A stretch of 64,000 nucleotides of DNA, taken from Marsupella aquatica (Eukaryota > Plantae > Marchantiophyta). Of the stretch, positions 61,801 through 64,000 are shown one piece after another. Positions within the stretch are counted from its first letter, which is position 1. The number at the start of each line of letters is the position of its first letter. The notes under the pieces are model-generated. The model ran no database searches, was not told where the DNA came from, and saw only the letters and a list, made by a program, of their open reading frames with translations. The stretch is taken from positions 25,161,520-25,225,519 of the forward strand of contig OZ316893.1 in assembly GCA_973895155.1 (NCBI GenBank), in the 5' to 3' direction. Made by a program: the position numbers and the translations under genes.

Positions 61801-64000
61801 GCTAGCTTGAAAGAACTCGAGCTCAACGTGCAAAGAATGAGCTGGCAATTGTCAATCGTCTAATCTTGTTCAACTGATCTTCTCACCAAATATTCTTGGA
61901 AGCATTCGGCGTCGATTACAAGATTACACACCTCATATGTTTTACAGATTAGAATATAACTCTACATTTGACATCCTCTATTACCCTATAAGCTCTTCGG
62001 AAGGAAATGCTAGTCACTGTATTAAATAAATGACATGATGGACGTCAAAACAGCTTGGGAACAACGATTGGTTTCTTCCTTTGTTCTAACTATCACGAAT
62101 GTTTCTACAGGTCCAGTATAAATCGTTTGCACAAATAGAAGCAGAGAAAAAGCAATTTTCTTTTGCGGGACTTTTTAGTGGTGAACTCCTAACAACTGCT
62201 TACAAGTCTGTTTTCGGAGAAAGTGGCATTAGCGTTGGAGATTTTATGGGCGACTTTATGTCAATGCGAAATAGCGGCATTGATTTATCTAAACCTGCAA
62301 ATGCCAACCTGGATAAGTCGAATGCATCTGCTGAGCAGGCAAACCAGCTGTCGCAAATGAGTAAGGGTGGGGTGGCAGACCCTGAACTTGCCAATAGGAC
62401 TTCACTTAAAACCATAGTAGTGCAAGAAGGAACGTCGGACAAGCCAAACGATGGTAACCCTCTAAAACGGACAGGGAATGCAGATAAAGCTGGGGAGGTT
62501 GAAATTTGGGACAATGTCGCTGAGAGTTTGCAATCATTTGGAATAGATAATTCTGGAATCCTCAAGGACAAAGAAGCTTGGGAAGTCGGTGAAACTATAA
62601 AAAACCTTGGGCTAGAGTCTCAAAAAAGGGCAGAACTTCTGTATGCAGAGAGCGGCCTAGCTGTCGTGGAAGGTCAAACGGAAGGAAATCAAACGTCTAG
62701 CGCTACGGAAATAAATGGAGACATGTCTCGAAAACATTCGGATCCCTTGCTAGCAGGAAAGGAAGAATTAGAAGGCTTGGTAAAGCAGACTGAAGGTATC
62801 GTTGGGGCGTGGGCTATTTTCAACAAGTCCCAAGGAGAAAACGAGGGTGAAGGACAACAGCAACCCACGGCAAAAGAATCAGAAACAGCGGTGACAACAA
62901 CGACTCCTTCCACAGAAGATGAGAAGAATGACTCTAGTAAACAAGAAGATGTGGATTCAGAGACTGATGGAATAAAGACAACAATGTTTAGCACCGCAGA
63001 GAGTGCCATGGAAGCTTGGGCCCTGCTAGCGACAACATTGGGAGGAACTTCCTTCGTCAAGTCAGATTTTGAAAAAATTTGTTTTGTAGAAAACAAGGAG
63101 ACAGACACACAGGTGAGCTGCTCCTACACAGCTATGGATGTGGTCTATTGACTTCTCGGTGTAGTCTTGTGATGGTGAATTTATTCAAACACGGTTGGCA
63201 CTGCTGCCGTTGTTTTCCTTGTGTCTTCCTAAGCTAGTTGAGGTTCTGAACTTACTGTCAACTTTTGGTTTTCAAAGGAGTCTTCATTCGCAGAGGTGAG
63301 AGTAACTTCACAGCGAATGGGTACTCAACTGTGTCGTGTTCGTATCTGCCTAGGTGGCCCTTTGGAAAGATTTGAGGCGGCAAAGATTAGTTGTGGCTTT
63401 TCGCGGGACGGAACAGGTTTAAATCTAGTATCCCGTATCACAGCTTTGTAATTATTTACAATTGATTTCCCAGTTTACTATCGTTCCTGTCACAATGCAG
63501 TCTAGAACCTCTGTTGAGAAAGTTGAGAAGCTCGTGTGATTTGTCATGGATTATCACTCGTTGTTTCTTCGTGGGTTTATCAATCCACGAAGTGCTTGAC
63601 ATCACAGTTTGTTTATCATGGTTGTGTGAATCCAGACAAAGTGGAAAGACGTGGTAACCGACTTGAATCTACTCGCAGCTGGGTATGGAAGAATTACCCC
63701 CGATTTGCTTTCCTAGCCTAGTCGTGCATTGTAGAGGTGTTGTCCTGTATGTCGTACTTTTACGTCTTTGAAATCGATTTAGTCCTGCTGACATGTTTCT
63801 AGCCCCAGAAAACCAGTCTAGTTACGGCCTTGAATGGTGGAGAGAGCTCTTCTTAGTCAAGGTTGACAGAACGACTCACGCGTCACTTGTGCATTTGTTG
63901 TCGATGACGTGTGTTATAAATGTAGATAGGCATGGAGGGAATTGACGTTTAGATGTGTACTCTTGATCAGCTTTAATCCTGAGCGTGTTACTAGTGGCAG
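58880..64000 (+). CDS. HIL1: C2-domain class-3 lipase with probable plastid transit peptide (At4g13550/HIL1-like); 3' end outside the window
   Basis: Exons 58880-59260 (PPFDLDLGVLLAGFAFESYNTP), 59784-59843, 60288-60369, 60634-60701 (GTSDPYVVL), 60871-60940 (DPVWNE), 61355-61437 (VAAWDAN), 61644-61708, 62111-63111 (MFSTAESAMEAWALLA...SDFEKICF...TDTQ), 63354-63416 (LVVAFRGTEQ). The GxSxG motif is not reached. Orthology is from recall of the family, not a search. Confidence 0.85.

Noticed and set aside
62200-63108. Minus-strand ORFs of 123 and 139 aa
   Set aside because: Antisense shadows of the large lipase exon.

Overview
Eukaryotic land-plant genomic DNA; a non-seed plant is a guess from gene style and TE content, not established. 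There are three spliceosomal host genes, all on +: a 10-exon secreted subtilase (4500-12402), a Prune/PPX1-like DHH-DHHA2 phosphoesterase with a long disordered N-terminus (about 50076-55348), and the 5' part of a C2-domain class-3 lipase of the At4g13550/HIL1 type (58880 to beyond the window). Between the first two genes lies a 32-kb nested transposon cluster that can be resolved from termini and target-site duplications (TSDs). A Ty1/Copia element (14738-46678, TSD TAAAC) carries four insertions: a 16.2-kb CACTA element, a 343-bp MITE with a 4-bp AAAT TSD, a 1.8-kb solo-LTR-like element with unusual AGT...ACT ends, and a full-length copy of its own family. The two most interesting observations are (i) an open, divergently oriented CACTA accessory gene encoding an RNase H1 N-terminal/caulimovirus viroplasmin domain beside a 466-bp tandem array, a candidate anti-silencing module, and (ii) a gag stop codon shared by both Copia copies inside a putative intron whose removal restores the Gag-Pol frame in both. 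All exon and repeat boundaries were read by eye, without searches.
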